This document shows, in pieces, positions 25,710-37,300 of a DNA stretch of 64,000 nucleotides (positions are counted from its first letter, which is position 1; each line of letters begins with the position of its first letter). A program made the translations under genes and the position numbers. Source of the DNA: Cycas panzhihuaensis (Eukaryota > Plantae > Cycadophyta). The notes under the pieces were generated by a model. That model worked only from the letters and a program-made list of their open reading frames with translations, ran no database searches and was not told where the DNA came from. The stretch covers positions 205,475,741 to 205,539,740 of the forward strand of contig CM041465.1 in the NCBI GenBank assembly GCA_023213395.1, in the 5' to 3' direction.

Positions 25710-28700
25710 TCTAGTTGCCAGTTGCTTTTTCCACTTTTAAGACCATTTATAGTAGAGATGAGGTGATAAGATAGAGACCTTTGATGGCATTAAGAATCTT
25801 ATTCTAGTGGATGATGCCAAGTTAAAACATCATGGAATGCTTAAAGATTCTGAATCAAGTAAAGCCTTAGCCATAAAGACATTTAGGAGAGAGGTTATTC
25901 AAGAGGAGAAGTTGACATAAAGGTCTAGGAAAATCTCTCAGGAGAAGAAGAAATTCAATGATAAATGTAATTATTGCAAAAAAGAAGGCCATAGGGAAAA
26001 GAACTATTAGTGCAAGAGACATGACAAATATAAAGTAAGTCAAGATGACACAAAGAAGAGCATTGTTGTATATTGCATCCAAGCATCAACCTTGTCAGTC
26101 AAGTTAAATTGAAGAGATTACTAGATTTTGGACTCTTGAGTGCAGTAGCATATCTCCTTCCAGAAGTATAACTTTGATACATAGAGTGAAAATCATAGTG
26201 GTATGGGAATCATCCTTGGAGATGCTCATGTATTGTTAATGGAAGGTGTCAGTGAAGTTTCCCTAGCAGATGGTAAGTTTATAGGGGTATATTATATACC
26301 CAAGATGCAATTGAATTTGCTTTCGACTTGAGAAATTTGTAAATAAGGAATAAAGGTAGAGCTATATCATGATAGATGTTTAATTAAGGATGCAAAGTAG
26401 AATGTCTTTATCATTGCTACTCGAAAGGTCAAGGATAACTTGTGGGTATTTGAGAAGTTTTAATCTCAAAAGAAGTCTTACGCCTTTGTTATCAGTGTAG
26501 ATGATATGAGTGAATTATGGCATGATCACCTTAGACACCTTAATTATAGGAGCATCACACTGTTAAAGAGGTTGAAAATGGTGGAAGGATTGCTATATGT
26601 TTTATGCTCAAATGGTATTTATGAAGGATGCATGTATGGAAAGCATCATCGCTATCCTTTTACTTATGAGAATACGTGGAGAGCTAAGGAGAAGCTAGAA
26701 GCTTATGCATGCAGATATAATAAGTCCACTCCTAAATCCCTCAATATCAAGAGCTTATTATACCTTAGTGTTTGTGGGTGATTACACCAAGAAGGCTTGG
26801 GTATACTTTCTAAAGAATAAGTAAAATGTGTTTGCTTGCTTCTGTGATTAGAAAGCAGTGGTTGAAAATGAAAGTGAAAAGAAAATTAAGATATTACAAA
26901 GTGATGATGGCAAGGAGTATAGTAATCATGCATTTAATCAGTTTTATTAGGATCATGATATAATGCGAAAATTTATAGTCCCATATATCCCACAATAAAA
27001 TGGAGTTGTTGAAAGGAAGAATTGTACCATGATAGAGATGGTAAGGTGTGTGGTGTACTATAAAAAATTGCTATTGATGTTTTAGCCAGAGGCTATGGCA
27101 ATTGTTATTTATTTTCTAAACTAGATACCCACTCAAATAGTTCAAAGCATGATCCCCAAAGAAAATTGGATCGGTCACAAACTTATCATTAGCCATTTGA
27201 AGACTTTTAGGTGCACTAGATATGTACACAATCATAAGAAGCCAGATCAAAAAAGTCTAAAATGTGTTTTTATGAGGTATAATGATCAAAATAAAGCTTA
27301 CAGATTATGGGATCCATATGAAAGAAAGATTGTGATTAATTAGGATGTAAAATTCGATGAGTTATTAATGTATCATACTGAAAAATCATCAAGAAGAGCC
27401 CTTTTACCCTCCATTACTTCCATTCCTAAATTCATCAAGTGAAGAGGATGATGAGCCAGTCATTGGAATACATGAGGAAGTTAGGCTGAGTGGAGTGAGT
27501 AATAGTAAGAAGTTGCCATATGAAAAAGCACCTCCAGTAATGGGTCCTTTTATATCGCTATGGGTAAGGAAAACGATTGAAGATTCTAGAGTAGCGATGC
27601 ATACCCTTACTAATAGGAGAAGAACAAGAAGTCAGCATGCTAGTTGAACTTTATTTATAGATACCAACAACTCTAGTAATCCTAATTCATATGATGAAGT
27701 GAAAGGTGATCCACGATGGAGAGCTATAATAGAAGAGGAGTATAGTTTGTTCATGAAGAATAACACATAGGATTTGGTTCCACTTCCTTCAACAAAGAAC
27801 CTTGTTGGATGTAAGTGGGCCTACAAGACTAACTTCCGCTCCAATGGAGAGGTGGACAAGTATAAAGCTAAGCTTGTCACTCAAGGGTTCAAATATAAAG
27901 AAGGAATTAATTATGAAGAGATGTTTGCACTAGTCTCTAAGATAACAATAGTCCATTTGATCATTTCTTTAGCAACTACTTATAGTTAGGAGTTACACCA
28001 AATCGATGTCAAGTATACATTTCTTAATGGAGATCTAAAGGAGAAGATATACATCTTGTAGCCTTTAGAATTCATTAAGGAAGGCTAGGAGCATCTTGTA
28101 TGCTGGTTGAAGAAATCACTATATGGCCTAAGACAAGCACCTCATGTTTGGTATGAGAAGATTAATACCATGTTAAAAGCTAAAGGGTTCATTATTTCTA
28201 ACCTCAACCCATATCTATATGTGAAAAGGAAAAGAACCTTAATAGTAACTATTGTGTTGTATGTAGATGATTTACTTATTGGAGGTAATTGTAATAAGAC
28301 TACTGTAGGAGTCAATTTTAATCTAGAAATTACCTTTGACATGACAAACCTTGGGAGATTTCACTACTTCTTAGGCATTCAAATCTGGTAGATGGAAGAT
28401 TAGATTATATTGTTGTAAACATAGTATGTGAATAACCTATTAGACAAGTTTAGACTGCAGAATTATAAACCAGTTGCAATATCATATGTTAAGGATACAA
28501 GATTATAGAAGGATATGGCTAAACCCTTTATAGATGGAATAAAGTATTATTAATTGGTAAGGAGTCTTATCTACTTAACTCATACCAAACTAGATATCAC
28601 TTATGCTATTGGATTGGTTTCTCGATACATGTAGAATACTGAGGAACCACATTAGATTATCATGAAGCAGATTTTAAAGTACTTGAAGGGGACACTCAAT

Positions 28701-29649
28701 ATTAGTCTTGAATACTGCCATGGTGAGGAGATACGGTTGCATGGCTATACTAATAATGATTGGGAAGGAGACTCTGATGATTGGAAGTCCACTGCTAGAT
28801 ACATCTTTGGTGTCAATAATGGATTTATTTTGTGGTAGTCAAAGAAGCAATAAATAGCGGTACTGTCTTCTATATAGGCAGAATATCAAGGACTCAATGC
28901 TAGTCCAAAGGAAGTTATATGGTTGCAAGGTCTCTTAAAAGTTCTTGGAGTTTTAGATGGGCATTTGATTGTTTTCATCAATAATCAAAGTACCATTCAC
29001 TTATAAAAAAATATAGAGTTTCATGCTCATATAAAACATATCGAGATATAATACCACTACATCTATGAATAGATCAAGTCAGGGAAGCTGCAGGTCAACT
29101 ATTATTCGAGTGAATATCAGCTTGTGGATGTCTTTACCAAAATGCTTACTAAAGATCAATTCATCAATATGTGTACTAGATTAGGACTCATAAATATTAT
29201 CCTTAAGAGTAGATGTATTGATAAGGATAAAGAAGTAGCAGAATAGTCCCAACATCCATGATAACACAATTGTAGCAGCTTATAGATTCCCCACATTCAT
29301 ATTAAGGGAGATGTTAATATGGCAATTATTTGTTAAGACACTATTAATATTAACGTGGCTTAACTAATCGTGATTATCGAAATTGTGTGAGATATTGAGA
29401 GGGTCATAACCCTTGTCGGGTGACACCTTTTGGAAGGATATTTATATCATATCATAAAGCCCTTATATATCAATCAATTTAAGTAAGTGTAATCAATGTA
29501 ATCCAAAGGATCTTTTGTGGTAGGTTTTTTCATGAAAGGGTTTTCCATATAAATCATGTGTACTATGTATCTGTATTCCATGTATATCTTTGTTTACTTA
29601 TTGTGTATGGTTAAAGATTCTATGGATAGGAATCTCTCTCTCTCTCTCT

Positions 29650-29697
<48 letters not shown>

Positions 29698-29702
29698 GTA
29701 TA

Positions 29703-29768
<66 letters not shown>

Positions 29769-29784
29769 TTTATGTTCCTTAACA
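25710..29784 (+). mobile_element. Ty1/copia retrotransposon, 5'-truncated, same family as 5400-10135
   Basis: Collinear with 6185-10135 from late gag through INT, RT (LYVDDLL) and RNase H; PPT ~29302-29311; 3' LTR 29312-29784 ending ttaaca. Confidence 0.9.
29633..29765. repeat. Compound (CT)n-(AT)n microsatellite inside an LTR
   Basis: Read directly from the sequence; interrupted by a few TG units. Confidence 0.95.
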
Positions 29785-30035
29785 CTCTTTAATGAGCTTT
29801 AAAGGTTAAGAATGTGGAGTTTCAGAACTGTAAAAATTCACATAATTTTCTAGTAGCATGTTGAAATTAAAAAATAAATATCTCCCATGGTTCTAACCTA
29901 AAGTATTCCTTTTGATAATGTTAAAAAAATGATTAACAATGGTTAGTTCACATATATAGTTAAATTTGTGAAATTTATCCATCCTATGTCCAAATTTTAT
30001 GCTTAAAAAAATTAGGCTTAATGGATTTGAAACTT

Positions 30036-30560
30036 GTTTTGATACCACTTGTAATAAACACATATAGGGGTTATAGCATAAAATTTAAAACATACCATAA
30101 AATATCCTTATACATCTAAAAAATCTCAACAAAGCAATAATCAAACCATTTATAATAGGTAATAAAACATTCATATAATAATGACAAATAAAGATAGAAG
30201 CCAAACACCTTACTAACACAAATATATGTAATGTGTAAGGTTTAAACCCTTGTTGTCTTTGACATGGGCTATCTCCCAAATTCCTTAAGCTAACCAAAGA
30301 TCTAAAACATATTCCAAATGAATACATAGATGAATATTTATAATACTTTTCCCATTAAGTAACTTATTTTGTAAGTTGTGTGTAAATCTTGAGAATATAA
30401 TCTCTTTTATAGCTTTGTACAAATCTCTAAGTACTTATTCTAACCCACCCTCAATTAGTTGGATAATATAAAATATATGAAGCCTATATAAATTAACCCT
30501 TATCCTAAGGCATACGTTTCATCCTTAACCGGGCACATTATAGGTGAAGAATTATGAAAT
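30036..30560 (-). repeat. LTR remnant with decayed tRNA-iMet PBS
   Basis: gttttgatacca-ct-tgta at 30036-30053 reads TACA-AG-TGGTATCAAAAC on the minus strand; right boundary approximate. Confidence 0.45.
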
Positions 30561-32169
30561 TAGATGGGAGGAAATTTAGTTAAAAGTGGGTGGGAAATAT
30601 TAAATGAAAGAAATAAATATCCAACCAAATAAATTGTGAATACTTGTAGGAGGATGAGAATGATATACTAGAGTTAAGGGATACAGGCTCCCTTCAAAAA
30701 AAATTATTGATTGTTCTTTTTTTAATTTATAGAATTTAAGAGTCTTATAATCATAAAGAGGGTGGCAACTTATAAAGCATGTGGATAAACCACCAAGTGA
30801 GGGACTATGACATAGTACATGCATACGCAAAAAGTAAAATATAACTATTAACAAATAGCATAAAGGGAGGCTAAAGATGGCTAATATATTTTATTGATAA
30901 ATGGAATGAAAGTTATAAATAAGAATAATAAAAAACTATATGTTCTCACCTAACATGCAGTGGTGAAAATCTAATGCAACTCCCTCCTCTCTTCTTTTGG
31001 AGTTGGAGTTAGATGTTATAATATAATAATAAGGAGATATACAAATTCTCAATGAATACTAGAGTTTATAAGAAGAACATTATTACAGATGTTGGCTCTA
31101 GATGGTAAGGATTTTACTTAGGACCTCAAAATTAGAATGTAGATCGCTGGTAGTTAACACTCTTGAAAATCATTACTACAAATAATTAGAAACTTATCTC
31201 AAAGGTTCGTTATTCATCCACAAGAACAACTTCTAAAATTTCCCCCTCTTAAGAGGCTATGTTTATGAGTAAGTTTGATCAACCACAACCTATTAATATT
31301 TAGCAACTTGGTAAAACCATTGAAGTTTGGCATGATTATTGTTGAATTGGTGAAATAGCCAAAAACCATTCTAACTACCATCTTTTCCCAAATCAATATG
31401 GAAAATGGGAAAATGTGTGGTTTTATCATTTTCTTTCAAATTTCTTGATCTCTACATAAGTTTGGTTACCAACTACTTGACCCTTTTGATGCATGTGAGA
31501 AGATGCTATGCAATCGTCTACAAATTGTGTCTTATGGCATGCGTTATTCATCACCATAACACAAGTATTTTAGTAAAATAGTTGTTATTAAAAATTGTAG
31601 CAAGGGTGGTATTTTAGTCGAGTTACTACCATTGATAGACCTATTGGTAGAATCCATCTTTAAAACTCATTTTGTACTTTACCTTATTGGAGTGTCTCCC
31701 ATGGGATCATCTTTCTTAGATATGGCATTCGATGGACATGATATTTGTCTTGAATATTTATTGATGTTCATCATGGTGCACATTTTGTATGTATGTTGGC
31801 CCATATCAAAACATGATACATATATAAATACTTATTTTTATAATTAATTATTATCACTTTTGAGTCAAAATTTTAAAATAAAAATGATGAATACATTGAA
31901 GCTTCTTTTAGGCTTACATTTTATGCACTATTTTTGAACATAATATCAAGTTTTTTACTCGACAAGGAATACATCCTTACTCCTATAAAAACATCAATCT
32001 ATAACCTTGCCTAAAGCATCTTGCAACTCTCCATTCCATAACACAGCTTGTAAATCACCACTTGAAAGAAGTTGATAACTTTGGAAAACCAAAGACTTTT
32101 CCTAGGAGAAAAGGGTTTCACCGTTCCATTAAAAATCAACGTGCACGCCCTCCTTATTGAAGGTCGAGG

Positions 32170-32182
32170 CTTGTGATGCAAG
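32170..32182. promoter_or_regulatory. Candidate SOG1 (NAC) DNA-damage response element CTT(N)7AAG upstream of RAD51
   Basis: CTTgtgatgcAAG about 290 bp upstream of the ATG, flanked by the 9-bp inverted repeat TATTGAAGG (32155) / CCTTCAATA (32186). Confidence 0.5.
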
Positions 32183-32282
32183 TTTCCTTCAATACTCGCC
32201 ATCCCTATACTAATTTAATTTACTCGGCATTCACCTATTATTTAGCCATAAAACATTATATTATATTGATTTTATTGTATAC

Positions 32283-32290
32283 TTTGCCGC
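32283..32290 (+). promoter_or_regulatory. Candidate E2F site (TTTSSCGS)
   Basis: TTTGCCGC about 170 bp upstream of the RAD51 ATG. Confidence 0.45.
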
Positions 32291-32457
32291 TCGCAGAATA
32301 ATTCAAAACCCAAGACCAGATAAATTCTCTTTCCAGAGGGTGGTCGTGATCAACTACAGCAAGATCGGGGCCAAACTCGAAGCGAAGATCAACTGGGTAT
32401 CACTGAAAGATCTTAATTCCTGCGGGGTATGTGTAGAAATTTGACTGGAAAGCCCTT

Positions 32458-32553
32458 ATGGAGCAACAATATCATAAGCAGCAGCAAGCTGTGGAGGAAC
32501 AAGACAATGCAGAGGAGCAGCAGCACGGACCTTACCCCGTGGAACAGCTCCAG
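32458..32553 (+). CDS. RAD51: RAD51 exon 1
   Basis: [32 protein letters not shown], then donor gtaatg. Confidence 0.9.
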
Positions 32554-35500
32554 GTAATGCTATTCTTCCCTTCTTTGCTTCTAAATATTGCTTGAATGCA
32601 CTAAAATCAAATGGGCAGTGGGGATTTTCCATCAGAGCTTTTGCATTGTCTGAATATGAACGCTGCAGGTAGATTTTAATCAAATGGGTAATGATTATAT
32701 TTGGATTTGGGACCTGATTGCATTACCAGGCATGTGGGATCTCGGCTGCTGATATAAAGAAGCTCAAAGATGCCGGGCTTTGCACGGTTGAAGCTGTTGC
32801 ATACTCTCCGAAGAAGGAGCTTGTCCAGATCAAGGGTCTCAGTGATGCCAAAGTCGATAAGATTATTGAATCAGGCATACCATAGCTCAAGTCTTTTAAA
32901 CCCATTTTTTTGAAGTTATTGTCATTTTGGTGCTTTGCATTTAGTTTCCCTTGGTCTCGCATTCATTTGATTATTGGGGATTACAGCTTCGAAATTGGTC
33001 CCAATGGGATTCACTAGCGCCAGCCAGCTGCATGCTCAACGCCTTGAGATTATTCAGATTAGTTCGGGGTCTAGGGATCTGGACAAGATATTGGAAGGTA
33101 AGCTATGACCTCATACAAATATCTCTAATGGGTTTTGAACCCTGTTTCAGTGTTTGTGTTTGGGAAAAACCCTCTGCCGACTCCCAGAAGGCCACGAGCT
33201 CCATTTTAGTGGGTCCATGCCTGTGTGTATGACCCCTGATAGTTGGGTCTTTGCCCATTTGGAATCTCGACACTTGGTCACCTAGATGAATCAGATAAGG
33301 GTTTTTCTATTCCCCGATAGCACATATTGAATTGTATGGAAGTTATTTCAGAGCTGTTTTGAGCCTAGCCCATGTATTCTGATAGTTGTCCATATGGCAA
33401 CAGGAGGAGTCGAGACTGGATCAATAACAGAGATATATGGTGAATTTCGCACTGGAAAAACTCAGTTATGCCATACTCTGTGCGTCACTTGTCAAGTAAG
33501 ATTTTCTATTGGCCTCCTCCAATGGTACTATAATCAAGCAAGGTTTTCTTATGGCCTCCTGCAACAGTAGTATAATCAAGCCAGGCCTGTGTATAGTGTA
33601 TGGTTCTGGTTGTTAATTGGGTTTGGTATTGTGGCTCTACAGCAGGGTTTGACTAATGGTCATAAACTGTAAATTTAGCAAATTTTATGTGTTAAACAGC
33701 CTTTCATGGGCAATTTGCCTAGCAAATTTCAGGTCCCATCGGGCCCTTTAAAAGCTTGGGGGTGACCAAGATGGGGGCGAACTTCGTAGGATTGGTTATT
33801 TGTCTAGAGTTTGGGGTTTAGGGTTTGGAGTATGGTTCGTGTATTGAATCAGTGTCATTAAGGATCGCATACCAAAGGATTGTGCACTAAAGGTGGTCTT
33901 GTTTCAGTTGCCCTTGGATCAAGGAGGAGGGGAAGGCAAAGCTTTGTATATTGATGCGGAAGGAACCTTCAGACCACAACGTCTTCTACAGATTGCAGAA
34001 AGGTATACATAGATTAGGCAACAAAACTGGGTACAATAGATTTGAGAATTTAAAATATTAAAAACTTGCAAACTTCTTACAGGTTTGGGCTCAATGGGGC
34101 AGATGTGCTGGAGAATGTTGCGTATGCTAGAGCATATAACACAGATCATCAATCTAGGCTATTGCTAGAAGCAGCTTCCATGATGGCAGAGACTAGGTAC
34201 AGATCAACATTTGTCGCAATTGTGAATAATTCTTGAATGCTGCCTCCTTGACTTGCTAGTTACAAGAAACAATAAGCTTGGCTTTTCGAACCTAAAAACA
34301 TGTTTCCATATTTCAGGATGTGTCCCAGAACATTTCCCCTACAAACAAAATTGTTTTACTTTTGCTTTGGTATTTCTAGGATGCTTTTAGCCTTTACTGT
34401 TTTCAGGCTGCTTAAGGACTGTTTTTGGCCATTCTAGACTATCAGAGAGCTGTTTGATACCTGTATTTCCTTGAAATTTCACACTTGGGAAATGGAAAAT
34501 GTTGTGCATTATTCTTCCATAAACATTTTGTATTGTCACATACATTAAGAAAACCCTGAAATGGACTGGGCCAAATATTTTTTGCACCTGCACGAAATAC
34601 ATTGATCCTGAAATGTTTGTCTTAAAATGGCCAGAAAGGCCATGAAAAGCTTATAAGAGGATATTCCAGACCAAAACATTCTGGTTTTAGTTTGATATGC
34701 CCTTTGGACTTCTTTTGTGTAATTTCATTTGTCTTTTTTGGGGTCATATTTTAGGTTGCCAGTATTTCACTCTCTACAGTATTACACCTCTCAGAGAAGC
34801 CTTTTGGTGTTGGCATTGCCATGCAGCAAAACTTTGACATGTTTCCTATGTTTTTTTATCTTAATAACCAGGTCCTTCATATTATTTTGATTCTGATAGA
34901 CTTGACTGTGTACAGGTTTGCTCTGATGGTAGTGGACAGTGCTACAGCCCTTTATAGAACAGACTTTGTAGGTAGAGGAGAGCTATCAGCCAGGCAAATG
35001 CATCTTGCCAAGTTCCTTAGAAGTCTTCAGAAAATGGCAGATGAGGTAAGCCACTTCTCCTATCTAAATTTGTTTTTGTAGACCCTGTTTTGAATTCCAA
35101 TAACCATGAAAAGGCAAGCCCTTTTTTGCTATGCAAATTCAATTCTTGTAGGCTCTGTAATGATGGATAGTCTTCTCCTCTAGTTTGGTGTAGCAGTTGT
35201 GGTGACCAATCAAGTTGTTGCTCAAGTAGATGGGTCTGCTATTTTTGCTGGCCCCCAAGTGAAACCTATTGGAGGGAACATCATAGCGCATGCTTCTACC
35301 ACAAGGTTTGTCTTTGTCTCATTTTGCGTTGAAGGCTCCAAAGATTATTTCTCTTCCATTTAAAAATGTTTGGTATCCTTGCTTTTGACTGTAAATGATT
35401 ATATTGGAAACAAATATAATTACTAGTATCACAAAGAGATCCGTTCCTTGATTTCAGACTTGCTTTGCGTAAAGGAAGAGGCGAGGAACGCATTTGCAAA

Positions 35501-35581
35501 GTGATCAGCTCACCTTGTTTACCAGAAGCAGAAGCACGCTTTCAGATCTCTCTAGAAGGGGTTGTCGATGTCAAAGATTGA
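32458..35581 (+). CDS. RAD51: DNA repair and recombination protein RAD51 (9 coding exons, 342 aa)
   Basis: Exons 32458-32553, 32730-32874, 32987-33097, 33404-33495, 33908-34002, 34083-34196, 34916-35045, 35184-35305 and 35458-35581 total 1029 nt in an open frame. MEQQYHKQ...[15 protein letters not shown]; GFTSA polymerisation motif; Walker A GEFRTGKT; Walker B LMVVDS; [16 protein letters not shown]; ends EGVVDVKD*. Confidence 0.97.
32730..32874 (+). CDS. RAD51: RAD51 exon 2 (ends at a GC donor)
   Basis: Acceptor ccag, [48 protein letters not shown], then donor gcatac. Confidence 0.92.
32987..33097 (+). CDS. RAD51: RAD51 exon 3
   Basis: Acceptor acag, (A)[36 protein letters not shown], then donor gtaagc. 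Confidence 0.95.
33404..33495 (+). CDS. RAD51: RAD51 exon 4 (Walker A)
   Basis: (G)[30 protein letters not shown], then donor gtaag. Confidence 0.95.
33908..34002 (+). CDS. RAD51: RAD51 exon 5
   Basis: [31 protein letters not shown](R), then donor gtatac. Confidence 0.95.
34083..34196 (+). CDS. RAD51: RAD51 exon 6
   Basis: [37 protein letters not shown](R), then donor gtac. Confidence 0.95.
34916..35045 (+). CDS. RAD51: RAD51 exon 7 (Walker B, L1)
   Basis: [43 protein letters not shown], then donor gtaag. Confidence 0.95.
35184..35305 (+). CDS. RAD51: RAD51 exon 8 (L2)
   Basis: [40 protein letters not shown](R), then donor gtttg. Confidence 0.95.
35458..35581 (+). CDS. RAD51: RAD51 exon 9
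   Basis: [40 protein letters not shown]. Confidence 0.95.
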
Positions 35582-36382
35582 GTTTTTGGGGCCTTATGTT
35601 GTATTGATACGGATGTATCAAATCTGTTGCATTATATGGTGAACAATTTCAAAGGTCTGTATCATTTCAATGGTCAGTTTTTATAACTCTTCAATTAGTG
35701 ATTCGGTTCTTGAGAATCTCATTTCTTGTCTCTGTTTGTTCTACCTGGTCAATGAGTTGGCTAAGGGCTGCCCACTAAACAAATTCTGGAAGTTTTGGTG
35801 TAATATTTTGTTTTGAGTTCTCCTTCTCTAACTGTTCTTGTGGTCTTTGCAAATTAAGATCCCATTCATAAATACGTTAACAAATGGTGTGACGTGAATA
35901 ATTTTGTAGTTCCACCAATGAATGAAAAGCAGGAAACTTTGTTCTTCATGATACTGTTTGTTGGTTGGACCTGATTGTTCAATACTAGATCTGATTGCAT
36001 GGGAACTAAGATGAAGCTGCAGGGTAACAAAAGGATTGAGAAATTGTATGCCATGCTCTAGCATATGATGAGGAATACAGGCATAATTTTGATTTTAATT
36101 AGGTGCTTCCCTACTTTCTTGGTAAGTCTTTGAGTGCCAAGGTTATGCTTTTCGTAAGAGGATCCCAACTTTGTTGTAACTTGGGAAGAACAATTAGTAA
36201 TGATAGTTTGATGTAGTAATGATAAATTGTTTGTCACCTATGAGTTTCTTAGCACAATCAACAAGGTCCTTAACCTATGTTTTTTCCAATTGTTAAATGT
36301 TTCAGTTATAGAACATGTTAAAAATAATGTCTAATTCATGCTCATTCTCTACTTAAGTTGATTGATGAGTCACATTAGGCAG

Positions 36383-37300
36383 TGTTGATTTATATATCTG
36401 CCCTATTGATATTTTCACTTGTCAAGGCTCACAGATTGATAGTCTAGTTAGGATGAAGTCAACATGCTTGCATTTCCATTCATTATTATCAAAATCATTT
36501 TACGCATAACACGGTATGAATAGATTAACACATTATCATCATTATTCCATTACATCAGTACACAAACCATCATACATTCCTCGTGTAATCATTATAATAC
36601 ACATAGCACACAATATTCCATGTAACTCTATTTTATTAAGCAATATCACCAATACATTTAGTTTTGAAATGTATCCTGCATACATTCCAGCAACATTCAC
36701 AATACACAACTACATATGTTCCAAAATGGAATACAATAGGGAATGCTACTTCTTGTGCATTGGATTAGATACCCATGAATGCATAATTTGATTCTCACCC
36801 TTGAGAATGTATCACAAGACTTAATGAATTGACTCTCACCGTTGGAATGGTGAGAAAAGTACCAAGTGCCCTTTGGATGAATGGTTATGACCCATGGTTA
36901 GAACCATTCCTTTCCATAATAAACATATCGTTTTGCCTTTCGCTTAACACAAGATTATCATCACTAATCAATGTCTTTTTTGTTTGTACATTCATGCATA
37001 TGTTTGTCTTTGTTGATGTCATCAATTTTGAGTGCATTTGGGTCCATTCTAGTTATTTGTACCATACAGGTTGGTCTGTGAGTGCCTAGTACATTCTTGT
37101 TTGCTAACGTACTCAAAAGGTTCGTATCTTGTGTTATATATTTAGAAGGCACGTTTTTCGACTTTTTTTATTAGATTCTTTTGTGCGTACTTATTCACAA
37201 TCTGTTAATTGTGCATACTTGCATTTTCCAAGTCAATACAAGCATGCATTCTTGATTTTCCACAGTCCAAGTGTTATCCGTGCTAAAAACAATCCCATCC
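36383..37300 (-). repeat. 3' LTR of the gypsy element
   Basis: Aligns end to end, though diverged, with 51381-52280. Confidence 0.85.

Noticed and set aside
29556-29802. ORFs rich in YIYIYI
   Set aside because: Translation artefacts of the (AT)n microsatellite.
32853-32892. Canonical GT donor for RAD51 intron 2
   Set aside because: The GT at 32853 would delete the conserved VDKIIES and shift the frame; the GT at 32891 would include the in-frame TAG at 32883.
32456-35499. Short ORFs overlapping RAD51 (32456-32683, 32723-32962, 32951-33232, 33919-34152, 34387-34602, 35296-35499)
   Set aside because: Antisense or off-frame shadows of exons and introns, with no independent motifs.
32458-35581. 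DMC1 or a RAD51 paralogue (B/C/D, XRCC2/3) instead of RAD51
   Set aside because: [25 protein letters not shown] and SPCLPEAEA, together with the 342-aa length, are RAD51-type. DMC1 has AYTYEHQ and LFRVDF...LAERQQKL.
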